Origin: Syntrophobacterales bacterium
GTDB lineage: Bacteria; Desulfobacterota; Desulfobaccia; Desulfobaccales; 0-14-0-80-60-11
DNA length: 64,000 nucleotides
Direction of reading: 5' to 3'
Assembly: GCA_020060385.1 (NCBI GenBank)
Contig: JAGVAH010000043.1
Coordinates: 24,860 to 88,859 of the forward strand
Positions 45,821-56,287 of this stretch are shown here, piece by piece. The position numbers and the translations under genes were made by a program. The notes under the pieces were generated by a model. That model did no database searches and was not told the DNA's origin. It saw only the letters and a program-made list of their open reading frames with translations. The number at the start of each line of letters is the position of its first letter. The first letter of the stretch is position 1.

Positions 45821-47264
45821 GATGGCCTTTTTTGCAGGCTTATACCTGTGGGGTTTGGCTTTCGGATCCTGCCTCTGGCCCACCCTGCCCCTGGGTTTTC
45901 GTCTAACTCTGGCCTTATTTTGGGGCTTCGTAGGCTGGAGCGCTTTTGTCCTGGTATTTCTTGGAATAGGGGTTGGCTGCCAGCTTACCACCATGGTATT
46001 GGCTGTGGGGATTACAGGAGGCGCGATGAGCGCCTGCGGTATTAGAAGAGGGGCGGGGAAAGCTGCAAAGGAAATCGCCGCGTCTGCAATCGGCGTCCTG
46101 GTAATCATGGGCGTGGTCTGGGCCGCGTGGACTGTCAACTTGGGGGTTATCTGCTACGATTCAGTTCCTCAACTCTTTATTTCCCGGGAAGTCGCTGCTT
46201 CTGGCTCCCTGGGCCGTATTGGGCCTTTATTGGGATCCTGGGGGCTGCTGCTTATTCTGGTGCATTCTGCGGCGCCACTGATCGGTAGGGAGTATCTGCT
46301 GGCCGCGCAACCCCTTATCGGCATCGCCAGCCTGGGCCTCTTAGGGACATTATCATTTAATTGTCTGCGCGTCCTAAGTGTATCCCATAAAGCCGCGGTG
46401 GGGTTAGCCATGCTCCTCTGTGGTGCCTGGGTGAGCACCTACTTTATTCTTTTCGAGTTCTTTCTGATCCATAATAATATGTTAGCGGCAGCCTATTTTC
46501 TTTGTGCAGTGGGTGCCTTATGGATTAGCCTGGCTCGCCGGGACCCGGTATTCGAGGAAGTGGGGGTTTTAGCCGTTACCTGTTATTGTTTTACCCGGAT
46601 AGAGGCGCCAATCTTTGCCGCGATGGTTCTATTGCTATATAGTTCTCTATCTGCTCGGTTGACGCAGCATTGGCGGTTATGGTGTTCTGGGGGCTGCTTG
46701 ACTGTCTGCCTCTGGTATCTTTGGCTGGCAAAATCTGTTTCTTCCGGAAACGACATTTTAACCCCGGCAAAGGCTGCCATCATAGTATTGGTTATGCTGG
46801 TGTCAGGATTGCTGTGTTCCACGAAATTTCTCTATTCCCTGGGGAGCAAGATAAACCTCTTCAAGTATGGAATGATCTGTCTATTCTTGATCTTGCTGTT
46901 TATGTTTATTTCCAAGCCCGCCCATATGGGAAAAAGTCTGTTCGCCATGGTTAGCAACCTGGCGGCAACGGGGCGCTGGGGGTGGACATGGTTGATCCTT
47001 GGTGGAATACTGGTAAGCTGCATCAGCCGGCAATGGTTCGCCGGGGGGGCATTGTGGGCAGGAGCATTATTTGGCGGCTTAGGCGTATTGTTAGCCTTGG
47101 CATATTTCAGAGTGCCTTACCATGTGGGCTGGCCCGACTCAGCCAATCGTATATCGACTCAGTTCGTTGCGGTGGCACTAGTTTTCATTGCCCTGAATTT
47201 TTGCTCCAGCTCTCGTTTGAGTGACATAAACACCAGAACAAATGAGTTAACAACTCAGGCCTGA
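45810..47264 (+). CDS. polytopic membrane protein of unknown function (candidate GT-C-fold transferase or second polymerase/ligase)
   Basis: 484 aa with about 12-13 TM helices and no soluble domain. It lies inside the polysaccharide locus. Confidence 0.4.
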   Translation: MLSEMAFFAGLYLWGLAFGSCLWPTLPLGFRLTLALFWGFVGWSAFVLVFLGIGVGCQLTTMVLAVGITGGAMSACGIRRGAGKAAKEIAASAIGVLVIMGVVWAAWTVNLGVICYDSVPQLFISREVAASGSLGRIGPLLGSWGLLLILVHSAAPLIGREYLLAAQPLIGIASLGLLGTLSFNCLRVLSVSHKAAVGLAMLLCGAWVSTYFILFEFFLIHNNMLAAAYFLCAVGALWISLARRDPVFEEVGVLAVTCYCFTRIEAPIFAAMVLLLYSSLSARLTQHWRLWCSGGCLTVCLWYLWLAKSVSSGNDILTPAKAAIIVLVMLVSGLLCSTKFLYSLGSKINLFKYGMICLFLILLFMFISKPAHMGKSLFAMVSNLAATGRWGWTWLILGGILVSCISRQWFAGGALWAGALFGGLGVLLALAYFRVPYHVGWPDSANRISTQFVAVALVFIALNFCSSSRLSDINTRTNELTTQA

Positions 47265-47616
47265 GTAATACAACTCGAGAGCTTCAAGCTGAGGATGATT
47301 TTTAGTGTGATCAAAAGATTAATTAAAGGCAATTAAGTCATTAAAACATTAAATAATTTAATGAATTTCTCCAGTGTATATTCTTGTGACGCTTATAAGG
47401 AAGTATTTTTTGTTTGAGGGCGCCATCACCAATACCATCTTGGATGCACATCACGCCGCAATAAAGCCCACATCCGCGATTAATTCACCTAGATTGACTC
47501 TATCTGCTGATCCGGTAGATTATATGGCAAAATTGCCGAAGCAAATATAGGAACCAAAAGATGTTATATATCCAGCGGAAGGTTGGGGCCTCATACCAAG
47601 GGAATTAATCAACAGT

Positions 47617-48792
47617 ATGCGATTACTATGCGTAATACCTTTTTATAAACCAGCCTATGTGTATGGTGGACCAGTTAGATGCGTTTCTGCCCTTTGTGAG
47701 GCTCTTTCTTCTCTGGATGTGGATGTTACAGTATACACAACCAATGCCAATGGAGCATTAGCAAGCGATGCTTTTGAACCTGATAGCTCTCAGTGTATTA
47801 ACGGTGTGAAAGTCAGATATTTTTCGAGAGATTTTGCAACCAATTATTTTTACTCAACGTCATTAGCGAGAGCATGCGAAGAAACTATCAAGGATTTCGA
47901 TTTAGTTTATATCGTTTCCAATTGGTGTCATCCTTTTCTGACTGCCTGTAAAGCGGCCTATCATACAAATGTGCCTTATATCATTTCCCCTAAAGCGTCT
48001 TTAAAGCGGGCTGCGTGGAAGGGAAGTAAATATGTAAAGAAGATAATTTATCATTATATATTTGAACGAAAGCTGATAAATAACGCCAAGTTCCTGCACT
48101 ATTCCACCCATTTAGAGAGTAAGGATTCTGAATGGTTAAAAATTAAAACTCCATTTTTTGTTCTGCCTGATTCAATAGATCTATCTGAATTTGACGAACT
48201 GCCCCCTTTGGGCAATTTTCGGAAAAAGTTTGAAATACCTGATGAATCAAAAATAATTTTATATCTGGGACGTATTGAACAGCAAAAAGGTTTAGATATC
48301 GCCTTTCAGGCTTTTGCGCGCCTCCTGGGGACACATGCCAACGCTTTCTTTGTGGTTGCCGGACCAGAGGAGGACAACTATCTAAGTCCACTCCGCAATC
48401 TGGCCCATTCTTTGGGGATTTCGCACCGGGTTCTTTTCACCGGCTTTTTGGATTCACGGGCCAGGATGGAAGCCCTGAGGGATGCCGATGTTTTTCTATT
48501 GACCTCCTACTCCGAAAACTTTGGCATCGCCATAATTGAGGCAATGCTGTCAGGTCTTCCAGTAATTGTTTCCGATCAAGTAGGAATTTCCGATTATATC
48601 AGAGACCTTCAACTTGGAGTAGTTGTGCCTTTGAAACCAGACTTAATAGCAGAAAAATTAGAATTAGTTATAGGATCAGAAGAATATTATAAAGATATTG
48701 CCAAAAAAGCCTCAAGTTGGGTTAGAGACACATTTGATCCTCAAAAAATTGCAGTCAAGATACTTGATAAATTTAATAATGCGATTAAATAA
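47617..48792 (+). CDS. family-4 (GT-B) glycosyltransferase
   Basis: 391 aa. Contains GRIEQQKGLD and the E-x7-E region SYSENFGIAIIEAMLSGLPVIVSD. Confidence 0.85.
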   Translation: MRLLCVIPFYKPAYVYGGPVRCVSALCEALSSLDVDVTVYTTNANGALASDAFEPDSSQCINGVKVRYFSRDFATNYFYSTSLARACEETIKDFDLVYIVSNWCHPFLTACKAAYHTNVPYIISPKASLKRAAWKGSKYVKKIIYHYIFERKLINNAKFLHYSTHLESKDSEWLKIKTPFFVLPDSIDLSEFDELPPLGNFRKKFEIPDESKIILYLGRIEQQKGLDIAFQAFARLLGTHANAFFVVAGPEEDNYLSPLRNLAHSLGISHRVLFTGFLDSRARMEALRDADVFLLTSYSENFGIAIIEAMLSGLPVIVSDQVGISDYIRDLQLGVVVPLKPDLIAEKLELVIGSEEYYKDIAKKASSWVRDTFDPQKIAVKILDKFNNAIK

Positions 48793-48846
48793 TGATAAAT
48801 ATGAAATGGGAGAAGGTAAGATAGTTCTATTAGGGATTAATTAATC

Positions 48847-50094
48847 GTGAAGATATTAATTACTACTCAAGTATTTCCACCAGAAGTTCATCCCACCTCG
48901 ATTATGGTGAGAGAACTGGCGGAATATTTGGCTGGACACGGCCAGGATGTCACGGTGGCCGCAGGTTACCCCCATCATCCTTACGGGCGGCTTTATTCCG
49001 GATACCGTCAGCAGTGGATCAACATTGAGGAGAGTGACGGCTACCGGCTAGTGCGAAGTATGCATCTGATTAATCCCAGTGCAGCAATAATCCCCCGGGC
49101 CCTGGTTATGGCCTCGCAGTGCGCTGGGTTTATATGGGCTGCCCTCAAAAGCGATCAGCCTGATTTGGTTATTTCTTACGGCCCCCCCTTAATCGGTCCC
49201 TTGATTTCTGGCCTTATCGCCAGGGCGACCGGGGCTAAGTTGATCAACGTAATTTATGACATCTACCCCGATATTCTGGTGGAGATGGGGAAACTGCAAA
49301 ACCCGGTTTTGATCCAGGCTTTCAGAAAAATAGAGGACCTGGTTTATCGCGCCTCCGACCATATAATCGTCCTGTCCGAAGGATTCCGCCGCACGTTAAT
49401 TCAAGAGAAAGGTCTCGATGATAAGAAAGTTACAGTGATTCCGGTGTGGCTAAGCGGCCGAGATATTGTCTCGATGAGTCGGGATAACCCCTGGCGGCGA
49501 GAGATGGGGATCGGGCCGGAGAAATTTGTGGTGCTCTACGCCGGCACCATGGGGTTAGTATCCGGAGCGGAAGTGGTGCTCGAGGCAGCCAGGGCCCTGG
49601 AAGCTTTTCCAGACATCTTGTTTTTGATAATCGGGGCAGGACAAGCCAAAGACCGGGTTGAGGCTGAAGCAAGTAAGAACGGACTGGCAAATCTTAAATT
49701 TTTGCCCTTTCAACCCCGGGAGCGTTTGAGCGAAGTCCAGGCCACGGCGGATGTATCGCTGGTAACCTTGGCCCCGGGTCGCGGGAAAACCTCGGTCCCC
49801 AGTAAAGTGCAGGGTTATATGGCGGCTGGAAGGCCGGTGATTGCCTGGGTTGATGAGGGTTGCGATACCGCAGAACTCATTCAAGAGGCAAAATGCGGTC
49901 TGGTGGTGCCACCGACCGGAGGGGAGAGTCTGGCCGAGGCCATCCAATTTTATTACCACCATGGTGAGGCCAGAAAGTTAGAGGGACACAACGGCCGGCA
50001 GTATTTCCTGAAGCATTTTGAAAAAGAGGTTGTACTCAAGCGGTTTGTGAATCTTGCTGAGGACTTGGCCAATCGCAGCGGGGACAAAACTTAG
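48847..50094 (+). CDS. family-4 glycosyltransferase (WbuB/WcaI-like)
   Basis: 415 aa. Contains MKILITTQVFPPEVHPTS and the PSKVQGYMAAGRPVIA region. GTG start. Confidence 0.85.
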   Translation: MKILITTQVFPPEVHPTSIMVRELAEYLAGHGQDVTVAAGYPHHPYGRLYSGYRQQWINIEESDGYRLVRSMHLINPSAAIIPRALVMASQCAGFIWAALKSDQPDLVISYGPPLIGPLISGLIARATGAKLINVIYDIYPDILVEMGKLQNPVLIQAFRKIEDLVYRASDHIIVLSEGFRRTLIQEKGLDDKKVTVIPVWLSGRDIVSMSRDNPWRREMGIGPEKFVVLYAGTMGLVSGAEVVLEAARALEAFPDILFLIIGAGQAKDRVEAEASKNGLANLKFLPFQPRERLSEVQATADVSLVTLAPGRGKTSVPSKVQGYMAAGRPVIAWVDEGCDTAELIQEAKCGLVVPPTGGESLAEAIQFYYHHGEARKLEGHNGRQYFLKHFEKEVVLKRFVNLAEDLANRSGDKT

Positions 50095-50406
50095 ATGCTT
50101 AACCGGGAGGCGCATAACCCTCCTTGACCCCCTAATTTTTCGCCCCCTGTTTCGGGCGGGAGGTTGCCAGGTGACTTGCAGCTGGTAAATGGACGGGGGA
50201 AACGGCTTTCTCCGCCTGCAATTACCGCTGGCTTCCCCGGTGGAAGAGGGGAATGGGGGGTATTGCTCCCATCCCCGCGGGCCCGGAAGCGAACCATGGG
50301 CATTCGATGCCGCAGCAGGCCCGACAATAGGCGTTAGCATATTGCGGTAACAACCGGATGTTTCAGGAAGGTTGCAGATTTTCAATCAACCTGCGGAAGG
50401 TGGGAC

Positions 50407-51033
50407 TTGTCCCAGTCAAAATCTGAGCTGTTAGTTCGGCCCTTGAGGCTGGTCGAGATTCCCCGGGCCGTTGCCATCCATAGAGCAGCGTTTCCAGAAT
50501 TCTTTCTTACTTTTCTTGGCCCGGATTTCTTAACACTTCTATACCGGTTTTATGTTACCGGTATAACGGAAATCGCATTCGCCGCCCTCTACCGGGACCA
50601 GATTGTCGGGACTCTCTTGGGGACGACTCAACCTCAGAAATTTTACCGGCGCTTGGCTATCAAGTATGCATGGCGGTTCGCTCTGGCGGCATTGAAGCCT
50701 TTTCTGCAAAGGCCCGCCATCTTGCCCCGCCTGATCCGCGGCCTGATTTACCGGGGAGATCACCCTGATTTTGAACAGGGCGGAGCCTTGCTTGCCTCCA
50801 TTTGCGTGGATGTTCCTTCTCAACACCGGGGGGTGGGAAGTGCTCTGGTTATAGCCTTTGAAAGGGAGGTTTTGCGGCGGGGAGCCAAATTTGCTTATCT
50901 GGCCACAGACCGTGACCAGAATGAGAAAACCCTATTATTTTATAAAAGACTGGGTTGGATGCCAACGGGCGAATTTGCCACCCGGGAAGGGAGAGCTATG
51001 GTTGTCTGCTGTAAATTTTTTGAAGGGTCCTGA
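50407..51033 (+). CDS. GNAT-family N-acetyltransferase
   Basis: 208 aa. Acetyl-CoA binding motif QHRGVGSALV. TTG start. Confidence 0.7.
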   Translation: MSQSKSELLVRPLRLVEIPRAVAIHRAAFPEFFLTFLGPDFLTLLYRFYVTGITEIAFAALYRDQIVGTLLGTTQPQKFYRRLAIKYAWRFALAALKPFLQRPAILPRLIRGLIYRGDHPDFEQGGALLASICVDVPSQHRGVGSALVIAFEREVLRRGAKFAYLATDRDQNEKTLLFYKRLGWMPTGEFATREGRAMVVCCKFFEGS

Positions 51034-51192
51034 ATATGTTCAAGCTGCCCCCGCAGCACCACCCTTACTGGGAGAGGAAGGTGGCGGCGTTTTTTGCTGG
51101 AAAGGCACAAGTGGTTAGCAGGGATGATAAAAGAGAAGGAGTTATGATAAATTTGGGGAGCAACCCAGTAACTATCTCCGGCGGATGATCTT

Positions 51193-52389
51193 ATGACCAC
51201 TGACCAAAAAACCGATATTCCCTTTTCCCCACCCTTGGTGGGCGAGGAGGAAATTGACGAAGTCATCAAGACACTGCGTTCTGACTGGATCACCACGGGT
51301 CCAAAAGTGACCCAATTCGAAGAGAATTTCAAGACCTTCATCGGCGCCCCGGCAGCTCTGGCCGTAAGTTCTGGAACGGATGCCATGTTGGTGGGGCTTG
51401 CAGCTTTGGGCCTCGGCAGGGACGATGAAGTGATCACGACCTCCATGACCTTTTGTTCCACCGCGCATGTCATTGAGCATCTGGGCGCCCGTCCGGTTTT
51501 TGTGGATGTTGTCCCTGATACTCTTAACATTAACCCCGAGCTGGTTGAAAAGGCGGTCAGGCCTCGTACCCGTGCGATCATGCCGGTCCACCTTTATGGG
51601 CATCCTTGTGAAATGGATCCCATCATGGAAATCGCCCGGCAGCATAATCTGTTGGTGATCGAAGATGCTGCTCACGCCCTTCCCGCCTCGTATAAAGGCC
51701 GAATGATCGGCACGATTGGCACCTGTACCGCGTTCAGCTTTTATGCCACCAAGAACCTTACGACCGCTGAAGGCGGCATGCTGACCGGGGATGCCGATCT
51801 CATCGACCGGGCGCGCCTATGGAGCCTCCACGGCATGAACCGTGATGCCTATAAACGTTACAGCGCCGATGGTTCGTGGTTCTATGAGGTGGTGCTTCCC
51901 GGTTACAAGTGCAATATGACAGACATCCAGGCGTCATTGGGCCTGCATCAGTTAAGGAAGCTGGAAGCCTATCAGAGACGGAGGCGAGAGGTGGTGAGGG
52001 CTTATTATGATGCCTTTGGAGATATCCCGGAGCTTGAGCTGCCGGTGACGCGGCCGGAGGTTGAATCTGCATGGCATCTGTATGTCCTCCGGCTTAATCT
52101 CAATCGGCTTACCATCGACCGGGCCCGTTTCATAGAGGAGCTCAAAGCCAGGAGAATTGGCACCTCCGTGCACTTCATTCCCCTCCATCTCCAGCCTTAT
52201 TATCGAGACAAGTACGGTTATCAGCCTGAAGATTTTCCCATAAGTTACGATAATTACAAAAGAATTGTAAGTGTGCCTTTGCATCCGCGGCTCTCCGACG
52301 AAGATGTATCGCGGATCATCAAGGCGGTGAAAGAAGTGGTGGCGATCTTTAGACGGAGGAATTCCCCAGGCGCGGATCTTCAAGGGTAA
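51193..52389 (+). CDS. DegT/DnrJ/EryC1-family sugar aminotransferase (PglE/WbpE-class)
   Basis: 398 aa. Contains SGTDAMLVGL and FSFYATKNLTTAEGGM (PLP lysine). Confidence 0.9.
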   Translation: MTTDQKTDIPFSPPLVGEEEIDEVIKTLRSDWITTGPKVTQFEENFKTFIGAPAALAVSSGTDAMLVGLAALGLGRDDEVITTSMTFCSTAHVIEHLGARPVFVDVVPDTLNINPELVEKAVRPRTRAIMPVHLYGHPCEMDPIMEIARQHNLLVIEDAAHALPASYKGRMIGTIGTCTAFSFYATKNLTTAEGGMLTGDADLIDRARLWSLHGMNRDAYKRYSADGSWFYEVVLPGYKCNMTDIQASLGLHQLRKLEAYQRRRREVVRAYYDAFGDIPELELPVTRPEVESAWHLYVLRLNLNRLTIDRARFIEELKARRIGTSVHFIPLHLQPYYRDKYGYQPEDFPISYDNYKRIVSVPLHPRLSDEDVSRIIKAVKEVVAIFRRRNSPGADLQG

Positions 52390-52393
52390 AACG

Positions 52394-53125
52394 ATGAGCG
52401 GCATCCCCAGGGCGGTTGAGATGGCATTGGCTTTGTGCGGACTGGTCGTCTTTTCGCCTTTGTTATTTCTTCTAGCTGTGCTCATCCGGTCCACTTCGCC
52501 AGGACCTATCTTTTTCCGGCAGCCGCGCGTCGGCCGCTTTGGAAAGCCCTTTGAATTAGTAAAATTCCGGAGCATGCACGTTCAAAACCGAGGCCCCCAG
52601 GTAACGGCAAAAGGGGACATCAGGGTTACCCGCCTGGGCCGGTTATTACGTAAAAGCAAGTTGGATGAACTCCCGGAACTCTGGAATGTGGCTCGAGGAG
52701 ATCTCTCTTTGGTAGGTCCCCGGCCGGAGGTGTGTAGATATGTGGATCTGGAAAATCCTCTGTGGCAAAAGGTTCTAGAATCCCGGCCCGGGATAACCGA
52801 TCCAGTGACACTCCGGCTGCGCAACGAAGAGGAGTTCCTATCCAGCTGCGAAGGGGACCTGGAAACCTTCTACGTAAGCACTCTTCAGCCATACAAGTTG
52901 TTGGGTTATACTCAATATCTGCAGCACCGTTCTTGGCGGAGCGACATCAATGTGCTTCTGGAAACGGTTTGCGGAGTTCTTTTTAAGGCCAGGGCTGCTC
53001 CCCCAAGGCTGGAGGAAATTGTGGGGGTGGTCAAGGAATACCGGGGCTGGAAAGAGAAGGATCTTTTATTAAGGCATGAACGCGCAAAGGCAAGGCACGA
53101 AACCGGAACCCTGCGTCGATTATGA
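52394..53125 (+). CDS. small monotopic phosphoglycosyl transferase (PglC/WbaP-C-terminal family, initiating enzyme)
   Basis: 243 aa. A single N-terminal hydrophobic helix, then KFRSM and DELPELWNVARGDLSLVGPRP. Confidence 0.9.
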   Translation: MSGIPRAVEMALALCGLVVFSPLLFLLAVLIRSTSPGPIFFRQPRVGRFGKPFELVKFRSMHVQNRGPQVTAKGDIRVTRLGRLLRKSKLDELPELWNVARGDLSLVGPRPEVCRYVDLENPLWQKVLESRPGITDPVTLRLRNEEEFLSSCEGDLETFYVSTLQPYKLLGYTQYLQHRSWRSDINVLLETVCGVLFKARAAPPRLEEIVGVVKEYRGWKEKDLLLRHERAKARHETGTLRRL

Positions 53126-53204
53126 AGCAGTCATCCCCGAGCCTTTGTCTCACCCATAAATATTGGAGATATTTTTGGAAGCTGGTGCAAAACCTAATTC
53201 CCAT

Positions 53205-53274
53205 GTCACCCTGAGCCGCAGGCTAAGGGTCTAATCATTGAAATTACTAGATTCTTCCCTGCGCTCAGAATGAC
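53205..53274. repeat. RepC copy (gtcaccctgagccgcaggctaagggtcta...ctagattcttccctgcgctcagaatgac)
   Basis: Same terminal arms as 8843-8902 and 1456-1542. Confidence 0.8.
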
Positions 53275-53468
53275 AATTTGATAGATCGGGAGGTCTTGCA
53301 ACAGCTTTTAGAACAGGATCTCCAACCTGGTCCTGCCCGGAGGGAGACGGCTGGTATCCATTTTCCACAACTATCCGCAGGACCTTAAGGAAAATGGACC
53401 CTGGCCGTTTCCCGGGCACTGGAGATATGACTGGTGAATAAAAGAACGTCTCAAGATAAGGAAGGGAG

Positions 53469-54572
53469 ATGGGGACAGCAAAGAAGGCACTAATCACTGG
53501 GGTCACCGGACAAGACGGCAGTTATCTGGCGGAGTTGCTCTTGGGTAAGGGGTATGAGGTCCATGGTCTATTGCGTCGCTCCAGCACCTTTAATACCAGG
53601 CGCATCGACCATCTCTACGTGGACCCCCACGAACCAGGAGCTCGTTTCTTTCTGCACTATGGCGATTTGAGCGACTCCGGCCAACTCAGCCACCTGATTT
53701 ACAATATTCAACCGCAAGAGATCTATCACCTGGGGGCCCAGAGCCATGTGCGGGTGAGCTTCGATATGCCGGAATATACCGGAGACATCAGCGGCTTAGG
53801 AGTGATCCGCCTCTTGGAAGCTATCCGCCGCAGCGGTATTAAGACTCGATTCTACCAGGCCTCATCCAGTGAACTCTTCGGCTCGGCGCCGGCGCCCCAG
53901 AATGAGGAGACCCTGATGCGTCCCCGGAGCCCCTATGCCGCGGCCAAGCTCTATGCGTACTGGATGGTGTGCAATTACCGGGAGGCTTATGGTTTGTTCG
54001 CGGTGAACGGCATACTCTTCAATCATGAATCTCCTCGCCGGGGTGAAACCTTTGTCACCAGAAAGATCACCAGGGCTGCGGCCCGTATCAAGCTGGGGCT
54101 GCAGGAAAAGCTCTTTTTAGGCAACTTGGAAGCCCGGAGAGATTGGGGGTACGCCCCGGAGTATGTGGAGGCCATGTGGCTCATGCTGCAGCAAGAAAAC
54201 CCGGAAGATTTCGTGATTGCTACCGGTGAGTCTCATTCTGTCCGGGAATTTTTAGATGAAGCATTTTCTCATCTGGAGCTGGATTGGCGGGAGTATGTAG
54301 AAATTGACCCCCGGTATTTCCGGCCCACTGAGGTGGAATTTCTCCAGGGCGATGCCAGCAAGGCCAAACGCCTCCTGGGTTGGCACCCCAAGGTGACCTT
54401 TCAGGAACTGGCCCGGCTGATGGTAGAAGCTGATCTGCGGGCTCTCTTAGAGATGCGCCAATGTCAGGATGTGGTCCGAAAAATGGCCCTGGATAACGGA
54501 CTGGTTGATTCCTTGGAAAGGTCCCCCTCGACACCGGAGGCACCATGGAAAAATCCGCCAAAATCTACCTAG
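53469..54572 (+). CDS. gmd: GDP-mannose 4,6-dehydratase
   Basis: 367 aa. Contains [21 protein letters not shown] and the canonical Gmd segment [17 protein letters not shown]. Confidence 0.95.
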   Translation: MGTAKKALITGVTGQDGSYLAELLLGKGYEVHGLLRRSSTFNTRRIDHLYVDPHEPGARFFLHYGDLSDSGQLSHLIYNIQPQEIYHLGAQSHVRVSFDMPEYTGDISGLGVIRLLEAIRRSGIKTRFYQASSSELFGSAPAPQNEETLMRPRSPYAAAKLYAYWMVCNYREAYGLFAVNGILFNHESPRRGETFVTRKITRAAARIKLGLQEKLFLGNLEARRDWGYAPEYVEAMWLMLQQENPEDFVIATGESHSVREFLDEAFSHLELDWREYVEIDPRYFRPTEVEFLQGDASKAKRLLGWHPKVTFQELARLMVEADLRALLEMRQCQDVVRKMALDNGLVDSLERSPSTPEAPWKNPPKST

Positions 54573-55501
54573 CCGGACATCTAGGCCTGGTGGGTAGCGC
54601 GCTGGTGCGCCGTCTCCAGAGCGCCGGCTACCATAATCTGCTCTTGCGCAGTCTGGACGAGATGGATCTTCGGGACCAGGCGGCAGTGGCCGCCTTCTTT
54701 GCCCAGGAGCGCCCGGATTATGTTTTTCTGGCCGCAGCCAAGGTGGGAGGGATTTGGGCCAACAATACATATCCGGCGGAGTTCATTTATGACAACCTGA
54801 TGATCCAGGTCAATATTATCCATCATGCTTATCTTAACCAGGTGAAGAAGTTGCTCTTTCTGGGCAGTTCCTGTATTTACCCCAAGTTCTGCCCTCAGCC
54901 CATGAAAGAGGCTTATCTCTTGGACGGCAAGCTGGAGCCTACCAACGAACCCTACGCGCTGGCCAAGATCGCGGGCATCAAAATGTGTCAGTCCTATAAT
55001 CGGCAGTATGGCACACGGTTTATCTCGGTTATGCCCACCAATCTCTATGGGCCGGGAGACAATTTTGACCTGCAGGACTCCCATGTGATTCCGGCTTTGA
55101 TCCACAAGCTGCATCGAGCTAAAAGCACCGGGGCATTGGAAGCAGCAATCTGGGGCAGCGGCGCACCTAGAAGGGAATTTCTCTATGTCGATGATTTAGC
55201 GGATGCCTGCTTATTTCTGATGGCAGGCTACGATGCCGATGAGATCATAAATATCGGCGTGGGCCAGGATTTGAGCATTAGGGAATTGGCCGAACTTGTA
55301 GCTGCCACGGTTGGTTTTACAGGACGTCTGGTTTTCGATACCAGTTTTCCGGATGGCACCCCCCGCAAGTTGCTGGACATTAGCCGCCTAAGAGAAATGG
55401 GTTGGAAAGCCGGCACTCAATTACCTGAGGGCCTGGCCAAAACCTATGCCTGGTTTCTGAAAAGCCCCTGGGTACTAAAAGCGGAATCGGCACAGACCTA
55501 A
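54545..55501 (+). CDS. fcl: GDP-L-fucose synthase (GDP-4-keto-6-deoxymannose 3,5-epimerase/4-reductase)
   Basis: 318 aa. Contains [21 protein letters not shown] and [11 protein letters not shown]. It overlaps gmd by 28 nt. Confidence 0.9.
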   Translation: MEKSAKIYLAGHLGLVGSALVRRLQSAGYHNLLLRSLDEMDLRDQAAVAAFFAQERPDYVFLAAAKVGGIWANNTYPAEFIYDNLMIQVNIIHHAYLNQVKKLLFLGSSCIYPKFCPQPMKEAYLLDGKLEPTNEPYALAKIAGIKMCQSYNRQYGTRFISVMPTNLYGPGDNFDLQDSHVIPALIHKLHRAKSTGALEAAIWGSGAPRREFLYVDDLADACLFLMAGYDADEIINIGVGQDLSIRELAELVAATVGFTGRLVFDTSFPDGTPRKLLDISRLREMGWKAGTQLPEGLAKTYAWFLKSPWVLKAESAQT

Positions 55502-55820
55502 TTCCCCAATAAATCCATGCCAGGAAGACACTATTTTTTAAATTTACCGGATATTTGGCTGCCGCGCTGGGCCCCGACGAGGTTGGCCGTCTAATTCCGC
55601 CGGCAGGGGTATAGGTCTAAATGGTGGGTTGGGGGAGAGCCAGAAACCTGGCGTTTCGTCTTGGGACCTTTTGCGCAAAGATATCCTCCGGGGGCATCTC
55701 AGGTAGCCCTTACCCCAGATACCCCCGCAGAGTACTTCTCTATTATTTTGAAAGACTCCACCTGGATGGGCAGTATTGCGAATACTGTCCCCAGCGTGTA
55801 ACTGTAAATCAGACCCCAGG

Positions 55821-56141
55821 TCAGGGAATCACATAAAAAGTCGTTACCACGCTGTATGCGGCAGGAGTTGTAGTGCCTGCAAAACCAGCATACACATTAA
55901 ATCCGTTAGAGGCCGCGGTCAAAGCTGTGGCAAGTTGTTCCTTCATAACAGCCGAGTTTAGAGTAAACCACCGATTGGTAAACGCCGGGGTGGCCGCGGT
56001 ATCGGATAACATAACGTAACCACTAGTGCCACCGACACCCGCATACTTTACGGTGACTACATAAGAATTTGCCTGGGCGGCCGCAATCCCCAGAGTCGCG
56101 ATCATAGTAACGGCCATAATGATCAGAACCACCTTCTTCAT
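55821..56141 (-). CDS. small secreted Thr/Ala/Gly-rich protein, unknown function
   Basis: 106 aa. Clear signal peptide (MKKVVLIIMAVTMIATLGIAAAQA) and a strong Shine-Dalgarno (GGGAGGAG) 7 nt upstream. No known family recognised. Confidence 0.55.
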   Translation of the reverse strand: MKKVVLIIMAVTMIATLGIAAAQANSYVVTVKYAGVGGTSGYVMLSDTAATPAFTNRWFTLNSAVMKEQLATALTAASNGFNVYAGFAGTTTPAAYSVVTTFYVIP

Positions 56142-56287
56142 TTTCTTCTCCTCCCTTCTTAATGGTTTTCTGCCTTAATGCCCCTATATTTTGCTTTTAC
56201 GGCTGTTTGTAAGGTCTTAGCAGCCGTTATTGCCACAAGGTCAGGTATTCTCCTTTTTATCTCCACCCGCTCATGCTCCCCTTAACT

